A stretch of 28,215 nt of DNA from Candidatus Eiseniibacteriota bacterium (lineage in GTDB: Bacteria > Eisenbacteria > RBG-16-71-46 > CAZEPH01), in assembly GCA_044229145.1 (NCBI GenBank), contig JBGATO010000051.1, positions 1 to 28,215 on the forward strand. Direction: 5' to 3'. The position numbers were made by a program, and so were the translations under genes. The notes under the pieces were generated by a model, which saw only the letters and a program-made list of their open reading frames with translations, was not told the origin of the DNA and did no database searches. The stretch's first letter is position 1; the number at the start of each line of letters is the position of its first letter. Below, in pieces: positions 17,880 to 26,361 of this stretch.

Positions 17880-18036
17880 GGGGGCTCTCCGGATCACGAG
17901 ATGGACGACGGCGCGGCGTGCGAGGGGAGAAAGAGATGGCGGGGCGCCGTGGGAAGCGGCGCGCCCGGACGGCGCGGCTCGGGCCGCGCTCCTGCAACCA
18001 TAGTACCGGAGCCGCCTCCGGTGGCACAACCGGCGG

Positions 18037-18606
18037 CTAGGCGAGACCGGTGTCTTGGAGGGCGCGCGCCAGCAAGTCGGCCACGCCGCATGCGACGGCG
18101 GTGGCGCGCATGGCCTCGTGGTCGAGGGTGTCGGCCCCCACCTTCAAGATGCCGAGCACGTCACGCCACTGCAGGTCCGACACCTCGCCGCCCTTGCGAT
18201 ACCACACCAACTTCGCGATCGCGGTTTCCTCTGCGGCGGTGAAGTAGAGCCACGTGGCGTCCAACTGCACCGCGCGGCGCCGAGCAAGTTGCTGCGTGGT
18301 GAGCGCGTCGCCCCGTGCAGGAAAGACATCGATCTTGAAATGCGTCGGCCGGTGCAACACGTTGAAGCTCCGCCCACCGGCGAACGCGGTGCGCGACAGT
18401 TCGTCGAAGACGTAGAACTCGGCGTCGAGCGCGGTGAGTAGCGTGTCCAGTTGCGAGTCTCGCAGCTCCACCACGACATCCGCGTCGTAGCTCGAACGCG
18501 CTTCACCCTGCAGCGATGAGGCCAAAGAGCCGCCGATGGCGTAGCGCAATCCCAGTGACTCGACGATCCGCGCGAAGTCGGCGAGTGCGGTGAGCTGTTC
18601 GTTCAC
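18037..18606 (-). CDS. Nucleotidyltransferase (pol-beta superfamily, AbiEii/DUF6036-like), 189 aa
   Basis: GTG at 18606 overlaps the upstream [28 protein letters not shown] (GG..DxD motif), KIDVF, and C-terminal ETAIAKLVW...SDLQWRDV. Confidence 0.8.
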   Translation of the reverse strand: MNEQLTALADFARIVESLGLRYAIGGSLASSLQGEARSSYDADVVVELRDSQLDTLLTALDAEFYVFDELSRTAFAGGRSFNVLHRPTHFKIDVFPARGDALTTQQLARRRAVQLDATWLYFTAAEETAIAKLVWYRKGGEVSDLQWRDVLGILKVGADTLDHEAMRATAVACGVADLLARALQDTGLA

Positions 18607-18875
18607 CGCGTGTCCGCGAGGATGTAGTGGAGGTGGGTGGGGAGGATTCGCGCGAGTTGCTCGCGAGGGATCCAGGTCGCTGACAATCGCCAACGGATCT
18701 CGTCATCGCTGGCATCGGGATAACGCTCGCGCAATCCATGGCGCGCCAGCGTCAGCGCCATCTCACGCAGTGCGGCGACTTGGCGGAAGGTCTCGGACGG
18801 CGACTGCGCGCGGCGCAGCGCGAGCTGAAAGCGCTCGATCTCCTCGGGCGTGTCGGCGGATTGCGAACGGTACAT
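18603..18875 (-). CDS. Small helical hypothetical protein, putative antitoxin/partner of the nucleotidyltransferase, 90 aa
   Basis: [21 protein letters not shown]...[18 protein letters not shown]. Translationally coupled (GTGA) to the nucleotidyltransferase. Confidence 0.7.
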   Translation of the reverse strand: MYRSQSADTPEEIERFQLALRRAQSPSETFRQVAALREMALTLARHGLRERYPDASDDEIRWRLSATWIPREQLARILPTHLHYILADTR

Positions 18876-18882
18876 GGTTCAC

Positions 18883-18888
18883 AGGGTA
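18883..18888 (-). promoter_or_regulatory. Candidate -10 element (TACCCT) for a leaderless transcript of the two-gene module
   Basis: Minus strand TACCCT-gtgaacc-ATG: TANNNT 7 nt before the ATG at 18875, with no SD. Confidence 0.4.
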
Positions 18889-18907
18889 GCGTGTTCGCGT
18901 CGCCGCG

Positions 18908-19300
18908 TCACGCCAGACCCGTGTCGTCCGCCGGCTGCGGCGCGGCCTCCATCAACTCGAGGCGGTTGCCGAACGGGTCGAAGACGAAGGCGCGCACGTA
19001 GGTGCCCACCGGGACGTCGTGCGCCACCGTGAAGCCGGCGTCCACGGCGCGCGCCAGCAGGCCGGCGAGTCCGTCGACGACGAACGCCGGATGCGCTTTC
19101 TTCGCCGGGCGGAAATCGGAGTCGACACCGAGGTGCACTTGCACGTCGCCGCCGTCGAACCAGCAGCCGCCGCGCGCGGCGAGCACCTCCGGCTTGCGAA
19201 TCTCGCGCATCCGCAGCACGCCGCCGTAGAAGTTGCGGGCCTCGGTCTCGCCGCCGGGGGGAATCGCGATCTGCACGTGATCGAGCCGCAGGATTTTCAC
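18908..19300 (-). CDS. VOC/glyoxalase family protein, 130 aa
   Basis: GTG at 19300 (GTGA overlap with the MOSC stop). LDHVQIAIPPGGE.EARxFYG...KPEVLAARGGCWF...HPAF...DPFGNRLELME. Confidence 0.9.
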   Translation of the reverse strand: MKILRLDHVQIAIPPGGETEARNFYGGVLRMREIRKPEVLAARGGCWFDGGDVQVHLGVDSDFRPAKKAHPAFVVDGLAGLLARAVDAGFTVAHDVPVGTYVRAFVFDPFGNRLELMEAAPQPADDTGLA

Positions 19301-19974
19301 GACGCGCTCCGCAGGTCGTGCAGGCGCTGCGTGAAGCGTTCGCGCCACGGTGCGCCGAGGATCGCGGTACGCAGCAGCCGTTCCAAGATGTCGATGTCGC
19401 GCGCGTCGTGATGCGCGACCTTGGCGTGCGCCTGCACTTGGACGAAGTCGGCGACGCTCACGGCTTCGGGTTCGCGCGCGAGGATCTCGATCGTATCGCC
19501 GGCGGCAATCGCGCCCTCGACATCGACGTACAGATAGATACCGCTACGGCCGCTGTCCAAGAATCGCTTCACGAAGGTCTGCGTGCCGACCTTGGCGCCG
19601 AGCGTCACGCACGGGAAGCGCGGTTCGCTCACGATGCATTCGGCGGCGCCGATGCGCAGACGGTCGCCGATGTGCAGCGTGGTTTCGTCGACGCCGTGCG
19701 TCGTGAGATTCTCGCCGAAGTAGCCGGGCGCGAGCGGCAACTCCGGCATGTCGGCGCGCCACGCGTCGTAGTGTTCGCCGGGATAAAGATAGGCGGCTTT
19801 GTGCGTCCCGCCGTGCACGCGGGTGTCGACGACGGTGTCGCCTTCGACGCCGAGATGGCCGAACCGGCGCGGGCCATCGACAGGTCGCTTGTCGATGCCG
19901 GTGGCGATGTCGCGATCCCCGGCGTGGTACGATGTGCGCGTGCCGACGTTGACGTGGACGACGTGCATGCTCAC
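19297..19974 (-). CDS. MOSC domain-containing protein (YiiM-like)
   Basis: TGIDKRPV, GVEGD..VDTRVHGG..KA.YLYP.EHY..W, PGYFGENLT, IGDRLRIG, SEPRFPC and SGRSGIYL.V..EG.I..GD. Start is GTG 19974 or ATG 19968. Confidence 0.92.
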   Translation of the reverse strand: MSMHVVHVNVGTRTSYHAGDRDIATGIDKRPVDGPRRFGHLGVEGDTVVDTRVHGGTHKAAYLYPGEHYDAWRADMPELPLAPGYFGENLTTHGVDETTLHIGDRLRIGAAECIVSEPRFPCVTLGAKVGTQTFVKRFLDSGRSGIYLYVDVEGAIAAGDTIEILAREPEAVSVADFVQVQAHAKVAHHDARDIDILERLLRTAILGAPWRERFTQRLHDLRSAS

Positions 19975-21947
19975 GCGGCTCCTTCCGGTGTGGGAGCGAG
20001 GGCGCGGCCGGCGACGCGCGCATCGCCGCGCCGCGCGGTGACGCCGCGGCGGTCGAAGTACTCGAGCAGCGGCACCGCGTGCTTACGGCTCACGCCCGCG
20101 AGATCCTTGAAGTCGGCGACGGTCAGTTCGTCATGCGTGGCGAAGTGCGCGCGCAGACGGTGCTCGAGGTCGGCGAGGGCCGCGGCCGCGTAGGTGAAGT
20201 CGGTGGTGACGCGCACGGCCTCGCCGGTGAAGGTGAGATAGGCGAGGAGCTCGCGTGCGTCGTCGGCGGTGCCGTGCGCGGCGGCCTGCGTCGCGAGTTC
20301 CGCCGCGCTCGGCGGCGCGAATGGCGCGGAGGTGAGTGCGGCGCGTAATGCATCGAGCATCGCGAGGTCGCGCGGCGTGAGGTCGAGCGTGCCGTCGCCC
20401 GCGTGGAGGCGGTCCTCGCGTTGCAGCACGTCGCCGTCCGCGAGCGCGTCGGCGAGCACGAGATCGAACAGCGCGGCCGGTACCTCGCGCGCCAGGCGGC
20501 TCTTGGCCTCGCCCTTGGCGATGCCCCAGCGCAGACGGAACTGCCGCTGGTACTCGCGCAGCGTGTCGAGCAATCGCAGCCGCGCGGCGGCGAAGGCCTC
20601 CGCGTGGAGCACGCCATTGCCGCAGCGCCGCGCGTGGCCGGCGGCGAGCGCGTCGGCGAGCAGCGCGTCGATCTCCGCGCGCGGCACACTCAGCGACTTG
20701 GCGAGCGCGTCCGCCGTGCACGGCGTCGCGCCGCTCGCACGCAACACGTCGAGCAGGCGATCCGCCGGTGTGCCGGTTTCCGCGATGTGCAAACGCTCGA
20801 CGACGGTGGCGCTCTTGCCGCGATGCTTCTCCGGCGCCGCGTCGAGCACCGTGCCGCCGCCCAACGTCACCAGCGGCGAGTACGCGCGCAGCACGAAGAG
20901 ATCGCCGCGATCCGCCGCGATCGGCTCCTCGAGCCGCACCTGCACCAACGCGGTGCCGCCCGGCGCGAGCCGCGTGCCGCCGCCCTCCGGCGCCTCGAGG
21001 AACACCACGCGTCCGAGCACCTCCGACGCGCCGAGATACACTCGCACCCGCGCCCCGCTCTTGAGCGGCGGCGCCGACGACAACAGCCGCACCCGCGCGT
21101 CGAGCAACTGCGACGTGTGAATGCTCCCGGGCGCGACCACCCAATCGCCGCGCTGCACTTCCTCGCGCGCGAGCCCGTGCAACGCCACCGCGGTGCGCTG
21201 GCCGGCGCGCGCCTCCGGCACGCTGCGCCCATGCACTTCGAGCGACCGCACGCGCGCCGCGCGATCGCCCGGCTGCACGTCGACGGTGTCGCCGACCCGC
21301 AGCACGCCGCGCCACAACGTCCCGGTGACCACGGTCCCGAAGCCCTCGACGATGAACGCGCGATCCACCGGCAACCGCGCCGGCGCGGTGAGCGAGCGCG
21401 GCGCGGCCTCGCGCACCGCCGCTTCCACCGCCGCGAGGAACTCCGTGATACCGGCGCCCGTCGTGCTGCTGACTTCGAGGATCGGCGCCTCCGCCAACGC
21501 GCTGCCGGCGAGCGCCGCGCGGACGTCGTCGATCATCAACGCGCGCCAGTCGTCATCGACCAGGTCGCTCTTGGTCAGCGCCACCACGCCACGCGTCACG
21601 CCGAGCAGCGTGACGATGTCGAGGTGCTCGCGCGTCTGCGGCATCACGCCTTCGTCCGCCGCGATCACCAACACGACGACGTCGATGCCGCCGACCCCGG
21701 CCAACATGTTCTTGATGAAGCGCTCGTGTCCCGGCACGTCGACGATGCCGAGCAGCGTGCCGTCACTGAGTGCCAGGGACGCGAACCCGAGATCGATCGA
21801 GATGCCGCGCGATTTCTCTTCCGGCAGCCGATCGGTGTCGACGCCGGTGAGCCGCCGCACCAACGCCGTCTTGCCGTGGTCGATGTGCCCGGCGGTGGCG
21901 AGGATGGCGAAGCGGTCGGCGGCGCGTTCCGGCGAAGCAGTCGGCAT
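19971..21947 (-). CDS. selB: Selenocysteine-specific translation elongation factor, 658 aa
   Basis: ATAGHIDHGKT, TGVDTDRLPEEKSRGISIDLGFA, DVPGHERFIKNMLAG, DRAF.VEGFGTVVTGT, and the C-terminal winged-helix motif SRKHAVPLLEYFDR.GVT.RRGD.R. Confidence 0.97.
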   Translation of the reverse strand: MPTASPERAADRFAILATAGHIDHGKTALVRRLTGVDTDRLPEEKSRGISIDLGFASLALSDGTLLGIVDVPGHERFIKNMLAGVGGIDVVVLVIAADEGVMPQTREHLDIVTLLGVTRGVVALTKSDLVDDDWRALMIDDVRAALAGSALAEAPILEVSSTTGAGITEFLAAVEAAVREAAPRSLTAPARLPVDRAFIVEGFGTVVTGTLWRGVLRVGDTVDVQPGDRAARVRSLEVHGRSVPEARAGQRTAVALHGLAREEVQRGDWVVAPGSIHTSQLLDARVRLLSSAPPLKSGARVRVYLGASEVLGRVVFLEAPEGGGTRLAPGGTALVQVRLEEPIAADRGDLFVLRAYSPLVTLGGGTVLDAAPEKHRGKSATVVERLHIAETGTPADRLLDVLRASGATPCTADALAKSLSVPRAEIDALLADALAAGHARRCGNGVLHAEAFAAARLRLLDTLREYQRQFRLRWGIAKGEAKSRLAREVPAALFDLVLADALADGDVLQREDRLHAGDGTLDLTPRDLAMLDALRAALTSAPFAPPSAAELATQAAAHGTADDARELLAYLTFTGEAVRVTTDFTYAAAALADLEHRLRAHFATHDELTVADFKDLAGVSRKHAVPLLEYFDRRGVTARRGDARVAGRALAPTPEGAA

Positions 21948-22182
21948 GCGAGCGGCGTCTACCTTGGTCGGGGTGCGGCAGGATTCCTCGGTGCGAGCGG
22001 GCGCCCCATGGTGTGCGCCCCTCGTCGACCTGTGAGCGGCCATCCTACGGTTCGCGGTCGAGTGACTCAAGGGGAAGCGCCTCGTGACACGTGCGAATAT
22101 GGCTTGACGGGCGCGGGGCCGCGTGCGTTGATCATTAGGCGTAGTATCGGATTTGCCTGATGTCGCTCTGGAGAGTGATCGC

Positions 22183-24458
22183 ATGGCACGGAATCGCGCA
22201 GTGCTTCTCGCCGCCGTCCTACTCGCGGGTGCGGCGTGGCAATTGCGGGGGGGGACAGTTGGGCGGCTGAATCGACGGATCGGACGATCCGCGCGCAACT
22301 GAGCTGGAGTTCCACCGACTCCACGCAGACCAACCTTCCGGCGCCTTCGGGCACCACGGCGTTCCTGTATGTGTGGCTCAAGAATGGCGTGACGCAGTTC
22401 AAAGGCGGAGAAATTCAGCTCTCGTGGGAGGGCGATACTCCGCCCGACTGCCGGACGGTGACGGCGGTCTTCCCCCAGACATCGACGACGTGCCAGTATC
22501 TCAATCGTGGCGGCAACGTCCCTGTCACCGAGTCAACGTCCAGCCCGCTGCGATACAGTTGGGCCAATCTCTCCATCAATACCTCGTGCGCGGCCGGTGT
22601 GGTCCTGAAAATCACGATCGACTTTTCCGGGTGTACCGACGGCGGCGCGACGACTTTCCGCCTTGATAGCCTCACCATTCTCAACTCGGCGAGCGACAAG
22701 ATCCACCTCAGTTCGGAGAATCTCGGCACGCCAGCTTGCGCGAACTCGTGCGGTCTCTCGTGCATCGTCGACGCGGGGATCTATTTCCCCCATGGCAACG
22801 GCGTGAACGACGACACATCTGCTTTGCAAACCGCCATCGACTCGGCGGCGATTTCGCCCGCCGCCTGCGGCACCCTTCGCGTGCCCGCCGGCACCTACAA
22901 GATCGACGAAGCTCGCGGCCTCGTCCTGCGCAGCAATCTCCATGTCGTCTTCCAACCTGGCGTCGTTCTGACGATGAACGACTCCTCGCGTGTCGCCGGT
23001 TCGGTACTCCGCGGCACCGGCATTCACGACGTGGAGATCACAGGTGGAACGATTTGGGGTAATCGTTTCTTGCGCGCTCGGGCGAGCGACACCGTTGCCG
23101 TCGGGATCGATCTGCAAGGCTGCACGCGTGTCACCTGCGACGGGGTGACGGTTCGCGCAATGCCGCGCGCCGGAATCCAAGTGTCCGCAGGCACCAGCGG
23201 CCTGCCGTCGAGTTCCGTCACCATCCGCAATTGCGTGGTCGACTCCTGCCGAACGCACGGCATCGCGATCCAGGCGCTGAACGCCGGGGAAGTACGTGGA
23301 TGCAGCACCTCCCGAAACGTCGGCACGCCTTGGAGCGCGGGACTCGCGGTGGAGGCTCCAGGTGAGCGCCGGGTGCACTCCCTCCTCCTCGCACAGAATT
23401 CTTCACATGACGACCGCACAGGTATCGCCGTGCGCGGTGCCGGTGCGCGAGACATCGTGATTGAAGGCTCCGAGTGCTTGTCGGATTCGTCCTACGGTAT
23501 CGACTTAGGAGATTCGACGGTGCGGGTCGTCGTGTCGGGGAACATCGTGTCGCGGAGCGGGCTGCACGGGATTTGGGTACATGGCCACAGTTCAGACAAC
23601 GTTCTCGTCTCCAACGAGGTAGAAGCGAGTAGCCAACTGAGCCACGTTCGATACGACAATATCCGAGTAGAGGGCGACGCCGACCGCAATCACATTCAGC
23701 GCAATCAATGCCGTGTCGGGTCGGTCTCCACCCGCCCAGCGTGGCAAATCAATATCGCATCGTACGATTGCGAGCGTACGTATGTGGTCAATAACGATTT
23801 GTGGCGCAAGTGGATGTATGAAACGGGGGTCTTTAACGATTTGGGATTTGGCACCGTGTACACGACGTCGGGTGGCAACCGCACTTCCATTCGCCACTTC
23901 CACGCTGCTCCTGAGTCGACCGGCGCACCGGGCACTGTTTTGTCGTGGGAACTCGACGAACCGAGCGACATGCCGGCGGCGTTCGCCGTGAGACGCAGTC
24001 TGGATGGCGTAGCGTGGACACAGGTCGCGTCCCCGGTACTCGGATTCTGGATGCGAGATCCGGAGGCACTGCCGGGAGCGAGATACGCGCTCGATGCGAT
24101 CCAAGACGACGGGACACGCTCACAGGTCGCGGAAACAAGTGCGGCCCGGGAGAATGCACTAACCGTGATGCAGCCCGCTCTGCTGCGGGTACCCGCGCGC
24201 ATTTCCTATCTCGCACCTGCACTGCCGGGGGAGAACAGCCACGTGTTCCAGCTTTCACTCTGGAGCGCCAGTGGCAGGAAGGTGAGGCTCCTCGCACAGG
24301 GCGAGGCAACGCCCGGACGCCACACAGTGGAGTGGGATGGGCGAGATGATCGCGGTGGACCTGTCGCGAGCGGCGTCTACTTCGTGCGCTACACGTACGG
24401 TACGCACCGCGCTGCGCTGGCCCGCGTGCTCGTGCTCACGCCAGGAGGTCAGCGATGA
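22183..24458 (+). CDS. Secreted right-handed beta-helix (pectate lyase 3/GH28-like) protein with N-terminal Cys-rich cohesin-like domain and FlgD tail; frameshifted at a G8 tract (intact frame from 22236)
   Basis: GGAGAG SD and ATG at 22183 encode signal peptide MARNRAVLLAAVLLAGAAWQLRGG, but the body (DSWAAESTD...) is in the -1 frame after G8 at 22247-22254. Body motifs: GNGVNDDTSALQTAID...LRVPAGTY, parallel beta-helix repeats, WDGRDDRGGPVASGVYFV. Confidence 0.85.
22247..22254 (+). repeat. G8 homopolymer tract at the frameshift junction
   Basis: TTG C GGGGGGGG ACAGTTGG. G9 (or G6) would join ATG 22183 to the long ORF. Confidence 0.9.
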
Positions 24459-26344
24459 CACCTCAGATTGCTGACGGGATCGGACGGCCGGTGGCGCTCG
24501 TCGCGCTCGTGATCGCCGTCACCCTCTCATGCCTCGCCGGTGCGGCAACAGCAGCAGTGTGTCCGTTCAACGCGCATTCCTTCGGGGCCAGAGGCGACGG
24601 TGTCACCGACGACACGGATTCGTTGCAGGCGGCAATCAACGCCGCAGCGGTGGACACTGTCTGCAACACCGTCTACGTGCCGGACGGCACATACATGATT
24701 GCGGCCGACACCAAGGGACTTGTGATGGCCAGCAATGTATCGCTCGATCTTGCACCGGGCGCGATCCTGAAGGCTAAGACCTGCGGAAGCGCGTACTCTG
24801 TCGTCCGCATTTTCCACCGTCGCAATGTGACGATTCGCGGCGGAATCATCATGGGAGACCGCCCCGCGCATGCGGGATCCGCTCTCGACGTGTGCGCCGG
24901 CATCGACATTCGTGGCTCCGAGCACGTTCGTGTCGAAAACGTGCATGCGCGTCTCAATTGGCAGAAGGGGTTCTGGGTCACCTATTTCGATTCCACCGGC
25001 GTGCATCTCCCCTGCAAAGACGTCACCTTCGAGCGATGCGAGGCGGATAGCAACCGCGAGGCAGGCTTCAGTGTGTTCGGCTGCGTCGGTGGATCGCTCG
25101 AATCCTGCACCTCCTCCGTCGGTCAGTCGTATGGATTCCGCCTCGCGGTGAACGCCGGCTCGGCCGACACCGTGGCGGCCGTCGTACTGCATGCGTGCCG
25201 TGCGAATCGTGATTCGATCGGCTTTGCGCTGACCGGGCCGGAGGCGTCCTTTGGCGCGGCGCCCGGCATGGAGCTTCCAGACACGCTCGGCGCAAAGCAA
25301 TCGGGTGAAGTCCAAGGTACGGCAGGTGCAGACGGCTCGACATATCTGCGGATCGCCAATGCCGCCGGCACCATGTCCGGGAACGTCGTGAACGCCTGCG
25401 TCGCCGACAGCGCGGACTGGTACGCTCTCCAACTCAATCTGCGCGCGACCTCAAATGTCCTACATGGATGCGTGTTGCGCAACAGCGGGCGCAGTGGGCT
25501 TCACATGTTCTCCTACTGCCGCCACAATCTCGCGTCCGGCAACGTCCTCTCGGGCAATGCCCGGCTCGACACGACCTTTTCGCAAGTGTACGTTTACAGC
25601 AATTGCGACTCCAACAGCATGCAGGCAAACACCTGTCGCGCGGCGCCGGCCCGCCCGCGATACGCTGCACTGATCTTGGACGCCTCGTGCATCGGGAATC
25701 TCGTCTTCGGAAACGACCTGTTGACAGGAGGCATCGTGGGAGCGCTCTCGGACGGCGGGACGGGCACGCGTATCACGCAGGGTAATCGCACCGCGCCCAT
25801 GTCGTTCAACGCAGGTCCCGTGGTCCCCGGAAAGGGATCGGAGTTGACCTGGGAGACGAAGCCCGGATTGGAAGGGTTGGCGGGCTACCGTATCGATAAG
25901 GCCGGGCCTGCCGCGTGGGAGTCTGTATCGGGAGTTGTTCGGACGACGCTTTTCCTCGACACGGCGGCGCGTCCAGGCGACCGGTATCGGTTGGTGGCCC
26001 TCCCGCTCGACTCCGCGCTGGAGGACGTGGTCGCGGAAGCGATCGCGCCGCCGATGAAGTCGCTGACGTTGACACCGCAGCCGGGAAGAATCGCGATTCA
26101 CTACATGGCGCTCTCTCCGCTCACGGGAGGTGACGACCGCGTGCGTGTCACGATTCACGACGTGCGCGGCCGTTGCGTCAGACAGTGGCCCGCGGTCGCG
26201 CAGACGCCCGGCTACGCACGCCTCACGTGGGACGGCCGGGACACCGCCGGCGCGCCCGCACCGGCTGGCATCTACTTCGTCACCGTGCAGCACGCGGACA
26301 CCGCGCCCGACGTGGCGCGGTGTCCGTGGTGGCCGGCGCGCTAA
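24455..26344 (+). CDS. Secreted right-handed beta-helix protein (pectate lyase 3/GH28-like) with FN3-like and FlgD Ig-like C-terminal domains, 629 aa
   Basis: ATGA overlap; signal peptide ending ATA-A; FGARGDGVTDDTDSLQAAIN...VYVPDGTY; Asn/Cys-ladder repeats; WDGRDTAGAPAPAGIYFV. Confidence 0.9.
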   Translation: MTPQIADGIGRPVALVALVIAVTLSCLAGAATAAVCPFNAHSFGARGDGVTDDTDSLQAAINAAAVDTVCNTVYVPDGTYMIAADTKGLVMASNVSLDLAPGAILKAKTCGSAYSVVRIFHRRNVTIRGGIIMGDRPAHAGSALDVCAGIDIRGSEHVRVENVHARLNWQKGFWVTYFDSTGVHLPCKDVTFERCEADSNREAGFSVFGCVGGSLESCTSSVGQSYGFRLAVNAGSADTVAAVVLHACRANRDSIGFALTGPEASFGAAPGMELPDTLGAKQSGEVQGTAGADGSTYLRIANAAGTMSGNVVNACVADSADWYALQLNLRATSNVLHGCVLRNSGRSGLHMFSYCRHNLASGNVLSGNARLDTTFSQVYVYSNCDSNSMQANTCRAAPARPRYAALILDASCIGNLVFGNDLLTGGIVGALSDGGTGTRITQGNRTAPMSFNAGPVVPGKGSELTWETKPGLEGLAGYRIDKAGPAAWESVSGVVRTTLFLDTAARPGDRYRLVALPLDSALEDVVAEAIAPPMKSLTLTPQPGRIAIHYMALSPLTGGDDRVRVTIHDVRGRCVRQWPAVAQTPGYARLTWDGRDTAGAPAPAGIYFVTVQHADTAPDVARCPWWPAR

Positions 26345-26361
26345 CCGCACAGGAGGGGACC

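Noticed and set aside
17972..18022. Two short GC hairpins between the NTase and the large protein gene, considered as terminator or riboswitch
   Set aside because: 7-bp stems without U-tracts are common at this GC content, and no known aptamer motif was recognised.
21948..22182. Possible selC (tRNA-Sec) or att site next to selB
   Set aside because: No CTTCAAA anticodon loop or tRNA-like cloverleaf seen on either strand.
22184..22198. TGGCACG resembling a sigma54 -24 box
   Set aside because: The GG-to-GC spacing is not 10 nt, there is no TTGC, and it overlaps the start codon.
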